Source of the DNA: Mustelus asterias
Lineage: Eukaryota
Direction: 5' to 3'
Assembly (NCBI RefSeq): GCF_964213995.1
Contig: NC_135815.1
Location: 22,816,001-22,880,000 of the forward strand
DNA: 64,000 bases
Position numbers and translations under genes: made by a program. Of this stretch, positions 37,791 through 49,733 are shown piece after piece (within the stretch, counting starts at the first letter, position 1; every line of letters begins with the position of its first letter). Under the pieces are notes generated by a model, which ran no database searches, was not told the origin of the DNA, and was given only the letters and a program-made list of their open reading frames with translations.

Positions 37791-38191
37791 CATCTTTTTG
37801 TGTGCAACCAAATAAACAAAATCAACTTAACTTAGGGACAACTCAAAAAGGGCACCTCCCTAAAAGAAGGGGAACCGCCCGAAACAAAAAACAAAGTGGA
37901 AAGGAAACTTAAAACATCAAATTAAAATGTAATTAAAGGGGTCAATAATATACCACAGTCCCTGCGGTGCCCAGCAGGCATGGAAGGCATCAACTGTGTC
38001 TCGGACACCACATGCTCCCTCTCCAGGGACACCCGGCCACAAATGTAGCCGCGGTAGAGGAGCAGACAGTTGGGTTGGACGACCCCCTCGATCGCCCGCT
38101 GCCTGGATCTGTCGATGGAATGCCTTGCCAGGCCCAGGAGCAGGTTCACGAGGAGGTCCTCCTCCTTTCACGCCTCCTTCTGCACCAGGTG
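37791..38191 (-). mobile_element. 5'-truncated Tx1/L1-clade LINE 3' end
   Basis: Encodes NLLLGLARHSIDRSRQRAIEG...RGYICGRVSLEREH plus a T-rich 3' UTR. 16-bp TSD aggattcaatcaggga/aggactcaatcaggga (37775-37790 and 38192-38207). Confidence 0.7.
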
Positions 38192-38511
38192 AGGACTCAA
38201 TCAGGGAGTTCATACTCTCGCAGGCCAACCTCAGCCTGACTGACGTCATCACAGGGAACGAAAAGTCAGCCAGGGTTCCTGCAACAAAATTAGCATCTAA
38301 TACTGATCCCTCCTGAAAGTGTAATGTGTTTGGATATCAGGTGAGGAAGGGATCGAGTGTGTCTATGTTGCTCTCTCAGTCAAATCATTCATTAACACAC
38401 ACGATGAAGAATCATACACTAAGAATGATCGCCGGGACAGACGGTTGCTGGGACAATGGAACCCTTGTCCAGTATGTATTAACTCCTTCAGGAAAAGAGG
38501 TGAGGAGATGA

Positions 38512-38652
<141 letters not shown>

Positions 38653-38749
38653 TAAATTAAGAAAATACAGACATTTACAATATTTAATCAGGATTTAAAT
38701 TAAAAGCTCTGTTAAAGTGAAGCTAAAGGACTCAAACAAAGCACAGAGT

Positions 38750-39209
38750 TCATAGAATCCTTACAGTGCAGAGGGAGGCTATTCAGCCCATCAAGCCTGT
38801 ACCGACAACAATCCCACACAGGCCCTATCCCTGTACCCCCACGTATTTACCCTGCTAATGCCTCTGACACGAAAGAGGCAATTTAGCATGGCCACTCAAC
38901 CTAACCTGCACATCTTGATCGGTAAGGGAATTAGGGGTTATAGGGATCAGGCGGGTAAGTGGAACTGATCCACTTCAGATCAGCCATGATCTTATTGAAT
39001 GGCGGGGCAGGCTCGAGGGGCTAGATGGCCTACTCCTGCTCCTATTTCTTATGTTCTTATGTTCTTATCTTTGGCGTGTGGGAGGAAACCGGAGCACCCG
39101 GAGGAAACCTACATAGACTCCATACAGACAGTGACCCAAGGCCGGAATTGAACCCGGGTCCCTGGCGCTATGAGGCAGCAGTGCTAACCACTGTGCCACC
39201 GTGCCGCCC
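38750..39209 (-). mobile_element. Type A V-SINE interrupted by a forward CR1 tail (about 38917-39066)
   Basis: SINE sequence stops at cacatctt and resumes at atctttgg. The insert ends in (ttcttatg)n. Confidence 0.75.
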
Positions 39210-39787
39210 AAGCCATTTGAATTTGACTGTACACTGATAACCTCAGTTATCAAACCTATTTGAACGATTTAATCTGCTTTTTCTTATTCCACAAGCAGAA
39301 AATGTATCTGAATGTAATGGAAAATGATCTACAGCTATAATGGGGCTTTATCAATCTTAAGTATAGGATCAGGCAAGTGAAGATGTGAGTTAAAATTCCT
39401 GTTATCATTCTGATTATTTAAACGAGAGTAACACCGTAACCTCAGTGTTACCCAGTTTCTGGTGGTCAATATCCTGTGATATTACACATGCAGAATTTTA
39501 TGGCCTCGCTCGTTCCGAAACCATAAAATCCCGCCCAAGGTCAACGGACCTTTCCATGTTCCACCCCTCGCCTGCTCCGATTCCCGCTGGCGAGCGGGTT
39601 GGTAAAATTTCGGCCAAGGTGCCTAAACAGATCTCCCAGATAAAGCTGTGTTGGAAGGTATAGATAATTGGACCATGGTGCGCAGATATAATCCAGTCCC
39701 GATTTTAAAATTATTCATTAAGTCCTTTTAATTGATATTTTAGTTAAAAATAGCAAAATGTCATCCTTTCGGAAACGTGGAAGAGGA

Positions 39788-40144
39788 CACAATCTCCCTT
39801 TAATCCACCGCCAACCTTCATCCCACTGTCTGGGATTGCAGCGCAGGGTTTTGCAGTACAATACAGATTGAGAAGCTGGGAATCAGAAAACAGACACACA
39901 GCAACACTGCCACTAGCAGGAGAATTTAATTACAGCAGAACAAGTTTGTACAGGAAGTTTCCATTATATATTTGGACATGGAAATTTACAATGGGAAATA
40001 AAGGCAAAAAAAAAACTGCGATGAAAACATCACAACGAGAATCTAATGATGATGCCGGGAGCAGGAAATGAGGTGGGCGGCTGGTGAAATGTCAGCTCCC
40101 AGACAGTGGGATGAAGGTTGGCGGTGGATTAAAGGGAGATTGTG
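39788..40144. repeat. Perfect 48-bp inverted repeat (39788-39835 / 40097-40144)
   Basis: cacaatctccctttaatccaccgccaaccttcatcccactgtctggga and its exact reverse complement, with a 261-bp spacer. Confidence 0.95.
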
Positions 40145-40572
40145 GTTTCCGATGGCAAGCTGCAATTTTAATGCCATGTCATGTATACCCGTTAACACAC
40201 ATGCTCGCCGGTTGAAATTGGGTCGTTGAGATGAAGTCGAGAGTCAACAAGAAACACGTGGCTTCAGAGTCATGTCTGGTTAAAAGTGACTTGCAGCAAA
40301 CAAGGTTGTCTTCCTGGTAGACTTGGAGCTTTTGTATGCGGAGCTTTGTTGAACCAGGAGAGGGGACACTGAGATGTTGCATTGAGTTCAGGTCGTGGCT
40401 GTTCACGGAAGTCGGGGCATGACCATAAAATATAGGAGCAGAATTAGGCCATTCGGCCCATCGAGTCTGCACCGACCACAATCCCACCCAGGCCTTATTC
40501 CCGCAACCCCATATATTCACCCTGCTAATTCCCCTGACATTAGGGTCAATTTAGCATGGCCAATTCATCTAA

Positions 40573-40660
40573 ATGTGGAGATGCCGGCATTGGACTGGGG
40601 TAAGCACAGTAAGAAGTCTCACAACAGGTCTTTAACCTGGTGTTGTGAGACTTCTTACTG
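40573..40660 (-). mobile_element. Very short palindromic Penelope-like derivative inserted in a V-SINE
   Basis: Same termini as 25021-25184; TSD caattcatctaa/caattcacctaa (40561-40572 and 40661-40672). Confidence 0.7.
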
Positions 40661-42367
40661 CAATTCACCTAAGCCATTCACCTAAACATATCATGGCTGA
40701 TATGTTTCTCAATCCCATTCTCCTGCCTTTTCCCCGTAACCTTTGATCCCCTTACCTATCAATCTATCTCTGTCTTAAATACACTCAGTGACCTGGCCTC
40801 CACAGCTTTATGTGGCCATGAATTTCACAGACTCACCACCCTCTGGCGGAAGAAGAAGAATGGTTGTCCCAGGATTGAGGTCGGATGAAGGTGGGGTGTC
40901 TAAGAAAGATTGTGGAGGATGGGGGGAGAGAGCTGGGTGACACAGCAAAAATCCCAAGCGCAAAAGAGAGGAGATCACAAGGGTGATTGAGGGAAGGTCA
41001 ACAGTGAGGTTGAGAGAGTCGAGGGTAACCGGGGGCAGGTCAGGATTGATGGGGAAGGGTTGAGGATGAAAGTTGGTAGGTTGAGGGTGACTGGGGGTTG
41101 GGTGTGGGGAGGGGCATGTCCAAGGTGCCGGGGGAAATTCGATGGTGAAGGGGGCAGCTCTAGGTTGACAGACAGTTGATCGAGGGTGATGTGGGTGGCT
41201 TGTGTGTCACCCAAAGCAAGCCAAAAACTGAGAGGGAAGGTGACTGTGAGAGGGTGCAGAATGGTGGCTTACAGTTCTAGTGTCAGAGTGGGGGAGCTCA
41301 GGCAGCAAGAGGTAGCTGGAAACCAGGTTGAGGAGGTCAACTCCTATTGTTCGCTGAAATCTCCATCCAGGCTGCCTTGATCAGACCCATCTGCCCCTGA
41401 TGCCATTGCTGGGAAACATGATCTCCCCTCATTCCCGACAGATTAGAGGAGGAGAGACATTGCTAGATGGTGGGGCCACTCTGTGCCGAGACATGGTATC
41501 CACTCATGAATGGGTAACAGCAGGTGATTGGGATCCATGGGTGGGTAGAGGATGGCAGCAGCCCCAGGTCAGTGAGTGCCCTCCGTCCAGACAGGCAGAA
41601 GGAAGCATGTGTCTGTCTATGTGCCTCGTAAATATGGCACCTGGATCTTCAGCCATATGAGGCTGATGTCCAGCCCCATCGCACAATTGGCCAGGCCCCT
41701 CAATCTTAAGGGCGGGATTTTACAGCCTCGCTCGAGCGAGACCGGAAATTCTCGCCCGAGGTCGATGGACGTTTCTGTTGTCTGCCCCTCGCCCACTCCG
41801 ATTCCATGGCGGGGTGGTAGAATTCCATAGTCCATGTCCAATTGGCTGGTCGCTGTGTGATTATGTGTGTGTGGCCCACCTCTGAGCAGAAGGTCCAATC
41901 ACTTCCAATCCCTTTATCAGGACACCTGCTGCTGCAACAAAACTCTGCCTCGCATTATGTGGACAAAACCTGTGTGCAGATACAATGGGCCTCAGTCTTC
42001 CAGTCCTGTCCGCCATGGGAATCATTGTCAGGCAGGAAGGAGAACTTAACAGACAAGCAAAGGATCCGTTGACCTCGAGCAGAAATTTCCAGTCCCAAGG
42101 TGGGCAGGAGCAGAAAATGCTACGCAGGATTTTTAATATAGATATGTAACTGCTGACTCCATTTCTCACCTAGTTCCTCATCAATTTGAACTTCCCAAGG
42201 AGCACAGGGTAAATCCATTTGATAATAACCACACTGCTCCTAACAATGAAAGAGGTGATGAATTTGTACACGTTATCACATTATCTCAATGATTACAAAG
42301 AGATAAATCTTCACTCTCACTTCTACCTGTTTCATTGCACATTATCTTTCAAAACTTTAGACTTTTT

Positions 42368-42503
42368 GGCCGCAATTCTCCAATCTCGTTCACCCCACCA
42401 CTGCTGCCAGTGAGAACGGAGAACTTGGTGCTCAGCCAAATCTCCATTCACTGCAGCGGGACCGGAGAATCCCAGCCCCAGGTGAGGTCGGAGAATTCCG
42501 CCC
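42368..42503. mobile_element. About 135-bp MITE-like element, second subfamily
   Basis: ggccgcaattctcc...ggagaattccgccc. Related copies near 11715-11806, 53601-53735, 55040-55173, 60935-61051 and 63036-63165. Confidence 0.55.
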
Positions 42504-44132
42504 CTTTATACACTGGGTCATAATGCAGACCATCTCAGTGTTTGCCTGGCCTCAGAATTCCAAAACAGGATAAACAGTCTCCTATTTGCCTCAATTGATT
42601 TTCTCATTAAATTCCAAGCGAAATCTCACTAAAAATTACTGAGGTTATCAAACTTGATTGGTTCCCTGGTGAGTAGTCTCCATACATCCATCCTGCGTGA
42701 AATGGCCGCTCACTTTCCTTATTCTGTGCTTCATTCTGTGTCTGCTCACTTTTCTCCCAGGGGCATGAGAAACAATTTTCAGAGCTCAACGTGAGGATAC
42801 ACTGAAGCATCTTGAATATCTCAATAAGATCCCCTTAAGAAGGTTGTATGTATACAGAAGCTCAGCTTCTGTAGTCCCCATTTACAATTCAGGCATCATT
42901 CTTCTCCAGTGCCATCTTTTCTTTGCTATAGTATAAGCCAGAATTACATACAGTGATGCAGACAGGGCTGAACTATTAGCCTGTATAGTTTCAGTATCAT
43001 GTTGTGGTCTGTTTTCTAGTCCAGATGCTATACAGTGAAAAAATGTCATTTGTCTTATATACCACTATGACAGGTGGAGTCAATTATCCACTTTTTCCTG
43101 GATGAATTTTGTATTTAACTCCTCATCTGTATTTATTTTTTTCTTTGTGAATGTCAATATTGAATTCCATTAGCCAAACTTTCCAATTTATTCACCTGTT
43201 GCTGCTTCTGATTATATCAAACCTCACAAGCCTCCCACAGGCCAAGCGTCATCTTTAATTCGGACATTGACTTACACCAAAAGAACGCTAATGTATCAGG
43301 AGCTAAATGCACTATCCTGTAGTGTTGATCCTCATAAACCAGGAAGCATGCCAGTGACACATTGGGTTGGACTTTCCAGTCCCTCCAGCCAGTGGGGTCT
43401 TCCGACCCCGCCAAAGTCAACCTCTGGCACGGATTCCCCCAATGGTGGGACGGGCAAGCCATGCAAAGACCCGTAGACGACGGCGGGACTGGTAACTCCC
43501 GCCAGCAGCCAATGGCTCACCACATCCACTGCTGGGGTGGGGGTCAGAAAAACCCAGCCATTGAAACAATCCAAAACTGAGAGGCAGCGCCATAGAAACC
43601 ACTGGAATTGTTTGTGTAGCAGTGGAGTACATTTTCTTCCATTTATTAATATTAATGAAGGTTTTTCCACTTTATATTCAAGTTAATATTGTTGTTAACA
43701 TTGGTGAATGAAGGGAAACCTCGTCTAATATATTTTATTTTAACCCAATCACTTTGAGCAATTGATTATGTAAAACAATCATTTATCATTGCCTAATTTG
43801 TTCAGCTTAATTGATAGGTTCATTGTTTTTACGTTTGTGTAAAATATCCAACCATTACATCCCTTTTGGGAGAATGGTTTTCTATTTTGTCATAGCTGAT
43901 ACACAACAGAGTTCCATACCCATTAGATTTCACTAGCTGCAGCAGACATTTCATACATACAGGCTTCAAGACGGTGATGTGGATTCCAGCGTACAAATGT
44001 TAATGGTTGTTAGAAGTTCCTCAGTCTACTGTTCAAGCAGAGTTACTAACCCTTTGTAAATAGCTGACTTAACACTGCCACTGTTACCCAAACGTGAAAT
44101 GGCAAAATTAGAATGTTTTGTACTTCCAACAC

Positions 44133-44396
44133 AGTCCAAAGATGTGTGGGTTAGATGGATTGGCCATACCAAACTGCCCCTTAGTGTCCAAAGATGTGCA
44201 GGTTAGATGGATTGGCCATGCTAAATTGCCCCTTAGTGTCCAAAGATGTGCAGGTTAGATGGATTGGCCATGCTAAATTGCCCCTTAGTGTGCATAGATG
44301 TGCAGGTTAGGTGGATTGGCCATACTAAATTGCCCTTTGGTGTCCAAAGATGTGTAGGTTAGGTGGATTAGCCATTTTAAATTGCCCCTTAGTGTC
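44133..44396 (+). repeat. 52-bp tandem repeat (5 copies) derived from the V-SINE interior
   Basis: Unit tgtccaaagatgtgcaggttagatggattggccatgctaaattgccccttag. Confidence 0.9.
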
Positions 44397-44645
44397 TTTC
44401 AGAGAGTCGATGCAGGCTGGAATTCTCCCATCCCGCTCGCCACTGGAATTTTAGCAGGCAGGTCGTGGACAATGTGAAACCCTATTGACAGTCGGGTGGG
44501 AATTTCTGGCTTTTAGACCAGCACGGCTGGAGAATTCCACCCGCCGACTATTACCTCTTGCTGCACTGTAGGGATTCTATGGTTCTGTCTTGTGTACTGT
44601 TAAAGTAATGCTTTTAAAGTAAAGGAAGAAGTATTTATCAAAATA

Positions 44646-44952
44646 GGGGCGGCACTGTGGCACAGTGGTTACCACTGCTGCATCACAACGTGTTCAATTC
44701 CGGCCTCTGTCTGTGTGGAGTTTGCACATTCTCCCCGTGTCTGCATGGGTTTCCTCCGGGTGCTCCGGTTTCTTCCCACAGTCCAAAAATGTGCAGGTTG
44801 ATTGGCCATGCTAAATTGACCCTAGTGTCAGGGGATTGGCAGGATAAATGTGTGGGATTGTGGGAATAGGGCCTGGGTGGGATTGTGCTCAGTGCAGACT
44901 CGATGGGCCGAACGGTCTCCTTCTGCACAGTAGGGATTCTATGATTCTATGA
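44646..44952 (+). mobile_element. HE1-like V-SINE, type A tail
   Basis: Forward copy. Confidence 0.8.
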
Positions 44953-45691
44953 AAACTACTTCTGCTCTGGGAGAGAAGAGTTGCATCAGTCATTGCCAGG
45001 GTCATGTTACACACAAGTGGTATGGTAATGTATTTTAATACAGTAGTGCGTCAATTCCTCTTTAAACTACAAGTTACCTGAAAACATCTGGTGGTTTACA
45101 TGTAATTCCAATTCTCTTCCCGCACCTAGTGGTGCACTAAGGCAGACTCTTGTATGTTTCCCCAGCTAGTAATTCCCAGAACAGGTCGCTTGTCTGTCAC
45201 CAGGGACTTGTAGCGTGACGGGTACCACTCTACATCAAGGGTGGCTGGCCATGAGTCTTTCCTGCTCTTACCGCCAGCCATTGGCGTGTTGGAAGGATTT
45301 ACAAGTTGACACTCAACCTGTTTGACCGTATTGTGAACGCACCTTCCTTGGCCATCAAGTCCTTGAGTGGGACTCGAACTTGGAACTTCTGGCTCAGAGG
45401 CAGGGGTGCGACCACTGAAATGACATGTAAACCAAGGCTTAAATATTAATCCTTTTTTAAGAGCCGCACTATGCTATAAAGTACAGAACATGTTAAGTTT
45501 TGCCTGCAAAATAACCCTCAGAAGCAAGAAAATACATGATGCTGGCTGTTTTAACTGGCTTTAATGGCTGAGAAAATAGCCGAGATAACTACATCTGCTG
45601 GCTGATCTGCTGAACTACCACTCCATTATATTATTAGATCACTGCCTTGGACAACAATCAGGCTGTCAGATCATATTCATTTGCTGTTTGA

Positions 45692-45829
<138 letters not shown>

Positions 45830-46179
45830 TAAGAGAAAAGGAGAAGGGTGAGCGTAACCATTGAGACAGCTTACATCAGGTTTGCAGAGTTGACCAGTCG
45901 TACTGCACTGACAGCACAATCATAGAACAACAAAGAGAAGGAAATGAAGATTACTCCCACAGTTTCTATAAGATGGAGGTCCATTGCGAATTAAACACAG
46001 TCCTTTCACCTCCAGAATCTCTGGTTAAAATTCCATCTGCACAAACTGAATTTCAGAACTCTCAGCCTGTCCTTAGCAAGCAGTTCCACATCACCCCACA
46101 CCGATTCGGGTCTCAATTTGGTGATCTCAATCAATGAGATAAACACTTTACCTAATGCATTTAACTTAGAAAAAAATAT

Positions 46180-46655
46180 TTTTTTATTTGATTTATTTTT
46201 GTCACATGTATTGTTATACAGTGAAAAGTATTGTTTCTTGCACACTATACAAACAAAGCATACCTTTCATAGAGAAGGAAAGGAGAGAGTGCAGTCATAG
46301 CTAGGGTGTAGAGAAAGATCAACTTAATGCGAAGTAGGGCCATTCAAAAGTCTGACAGCTGCAGGGAAGAAGCTGTTCTTGAGTCGGTTGGTACGTGACC
46401 TCAGACCTTTGTATCTTTTTCCCAATGGAAGAAGGTGGAAGGGAGAATGTCCGGTGTGCTTGGGGTCCTTGATTATGCTGGCTGCTTTGCCGAGGCAGTG
46501 GGAAGTGTAGGCAGAGTCAATGGATGGGAGGCTGGTTTGCGTGATAGACTGGGCTTAATTCACGACCTTTTGTAGTTCCTTGCGGTCTTGGGCAGAGCAG
46601 GAGTTATACCAAGGTGTGATACAATCAGAAATAAATTTTTTAATGGTGCTTTTGT
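46180..46655 (-). mobile_element. Rex1/Babar-type LINE, 3' fragment
   Basis: Closely similar to 395-991. Confidence 0.75.
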
Positions 46656-47643
46656 AATGTATTCCAGTGGGCTTCACGGAGCCAGGAAGAGAATGGAAGC
46701 TGAAGGGAAGAAGGGAAGTATACAGAGGTTTTTAAAGGATTGGGATTGCAGAGGGTGGGAATTAAGACAGCAAAAATCATGATGGTTGATGTTGAGGTGA
46801 AAAGCCAGGGAATGCTCAAGGGGCGAGGCAGAGAGTTGTGGGAATTGTTTGTATGGCTCACGTAGGTTACAGAGATAGGAGGGGCTAGGGCCAGGAGAGC
46901 TTTAAAGTCAAACATAAAGGTTGAGAAGGCCCTAATGGATAGCTCGTGTGGGTAGCAGAAATAAAATCACACTGGCACAGTCGATTTGTTTGTTAATGGT
47001 GATGGTGGGAAACTCATTCCCCAGCACAGACAGTCATCACCTAGATCAGCACAAAAAATTCACCGTAAGAATTCACCAAGCCCCACAAACACATAAAGAG
47101 GAAACAGGTTAAGTGGCAAGAACAATACTTTTAGAAACATAGAAACCCTACAGTGCAGAAAGAGGCCATTTGGCCCATCGAGTCTGCACCGACCACAATC
47201 CCACCCAGGCCCTACCCCCTTAGCCCTACATCTTTTCAATTTTGATTTTCAATTGGTGGTTTCTGGACAGTGAACTTAGCGTGCTACATATCAAAGTGTG
47301 TGTTTTAAAAGTAGCAGTGGGATCAGTAATTTAAACCGATCTGCTCTATTTCTTAGTTACCATGTCTTTTTTAATTCTGTCTTGAATTACTATAGTGGCA
47401 TTTTACCTGGCAGAAGCCAGATGTGAGGGCAGACAGGTTGGGAAAATCAGAGACTGATGGCATTAGACTGCTCTTGTACACTCCCTGGCAGAGACATGGG
47501 AGCCGATTGCTCGGCTATGTGGCTTCCCAAGTGCTGGTGGAGCATAGTCTCAATAGACATTGAGAAGAGGAACGGGGTCAGGGTGTAAGGCAGAATGTGA
47601 TCAAAATGGAGGAATTCTGAAGGATGGCGTAACCTTAAACTGA

Positions 47644-47895
<252 letters not shown>

Positions 47896-48478
47896 TGATC
47901 TTTGCCTCTTCCCTTGGTGTTACTGAGATTTCATTGCAATAATCCACATACTGACAGCTGGGTACAACAGAGATCTATGGCTAAATCGTTTCATTTGTAT
48001 AATGGGCCCTCCTTGATTGGTAAGAAAATAACTGGGATTGAGATGACCTAGTTTATTAGATTTAAGTGACTAATGTAGCACCTCACAGTTGATTTATATT
48101 GGAGCAGGGTTGCACGCGCCTTGAAAAGGCGCAATGCAAAGGAGTTGCCAGCACAACACGATAAAAGGGTGATGTCTAAATATAAAGTAGTTCTAATCGC
48201 CCACAACAGGGTAGCCGCCAGTGCGGGCTAGCATGGAAGTGAGAAGACATGAAAATTCAAGCTGACTTGTTGGTTTGCCGGTTCCGTTCTGTTCCCGAGC
48301 CATTTGCCAATCCCAGGATGGGATTAAAGAGCGGGGTTCAGTAATTAAAACAAATTAAAAGCTAAACATCTAACCTGATTTAAGTTTACAAGTATTAATT
48401 AGATAGCTAGGACAGGGAAGGGTTCAATGACAATTAAAGGCCGATTGAGGCCTATTGCCAGAGGTTGACTGGAATTTT

Positions 48479-48650
48479 CAGTAACAGTTTTAACAACACC
48501 AGGTTAAAGTCCAACAGGTTTATTTGGTAGCAAATACCATTAGCTTTTAATGGTATTTGCTACCAAATAAACCTGTTGGACTTTAACCTGGTGTTGTTAA
48601 AACTGTTACTGTGTTTACCCCAGTCCAACACCGGCATCTCCACATCATGG
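48479..48650 (+). mobile_element. Short palindromic Penelope-like derivative
   Basis: Near-perfect palindrome 48479-48611 centred on ccattagcttttaatgg, followed by ...ccccagtccaacaccggcatctccacatcatgg. Confidence 0.75.
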
Positions 48651-49142
48651 CAGAGCACAGGCTGCCTGGTGATAGTCAGGCCTGTGGGTCACTCCAGGCA
48701 GACTTTGAGGCCCTCCCTGCCTGCCTAGTCACAGCTGGGACGGCAGACCACCCTGTGAAGGAGCTCTTCCTACTCAATGGTGGCCTGGCTGCTGAGGGGA
48801 TTTTTTTAACTTATTGGTGAGATGGTGCTTCTATCTGGAGCTGCCCTCTCCCCCTTACTCGGAAAGACACATTTCTTCTTTAGTGACGGATGGATTCCGG
48901 TTGACCCTTGAGCTTTGAGAGCCTGCTCGCTGTGCTTAGGTGTGGATGTTGAGCTCGCTCTCTGGTGACTAATTGGTCAAATTGGTGAAAATCGCTGTTT
49001 CCCATACAGTCCTGACCCTGATCCCTGGGGAAATTCCTGCCCCTTGCCTCAGTGATTAAAAGGAATTAAAAGCTAAGCATCTGACCTGATTTAAGTTTAA
49101 CAGTATTGATTAGATAGCTAGGACAGGGAAGGCATTAAAACA

Positions 49143-49733
49143 TGGCATGCAACCATGGTTAGCACTGTTGCCTCACAGCACCAGGGACCCGGGTTCAATT
49201 CCGGCCTTGGGTCACTGTCTGTGTGGAGTTTGCACATTCTCCCCGTGTCTGCATGGGTTTCCTCTGGGTGTTCCAGTTTCCTCCCACAGTCCGGGTTAGG
49301 TTGATTGGTCATGCTAAATTGTCCTTTAGAGTCAGGAGGATTGGCTAGGGTAAACATGTGGTGTTATGGGGATAGGGTCTGGGTGGTATTGTTGTCGGTG
49401 GAGACTCGATGGGCCGAACGGCCTCCTTCTGCAATGTAGGGATTCGATGATTCTATGTTTATTTGTTTATTAGTGTCACAAGTAGGCTTACATTAACACT
49501 GCAATGAAGTTACTGTGAAATTCCCCTAGTCGTCACACTCCGGTGCCTGTGCGGATACACTGAGGGAGAATTTAGCATGGCCAATGCACCTAACCAGCAC
49601 ATTTTTTGGACTGTGGGGGGAAACCGGAGGAAACCCATGCAGACACGGGGAGAACGTGCAAACTCCACACAGACAGTGACCCAAGCCGGGAATCGAACCC
49701 GGGTCCCTGGCACTGTGAGGCAGCGATGCTAAC
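49143..49733. mobile_element. Tail-to-tail V-SINE pair (forward type A, reverse type B)
   Basis: Junction near 49457, where the A tail ...gattctatg meets the reversed B tail tttatttgtttattagtgtcaca. Confidence 0.85.
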
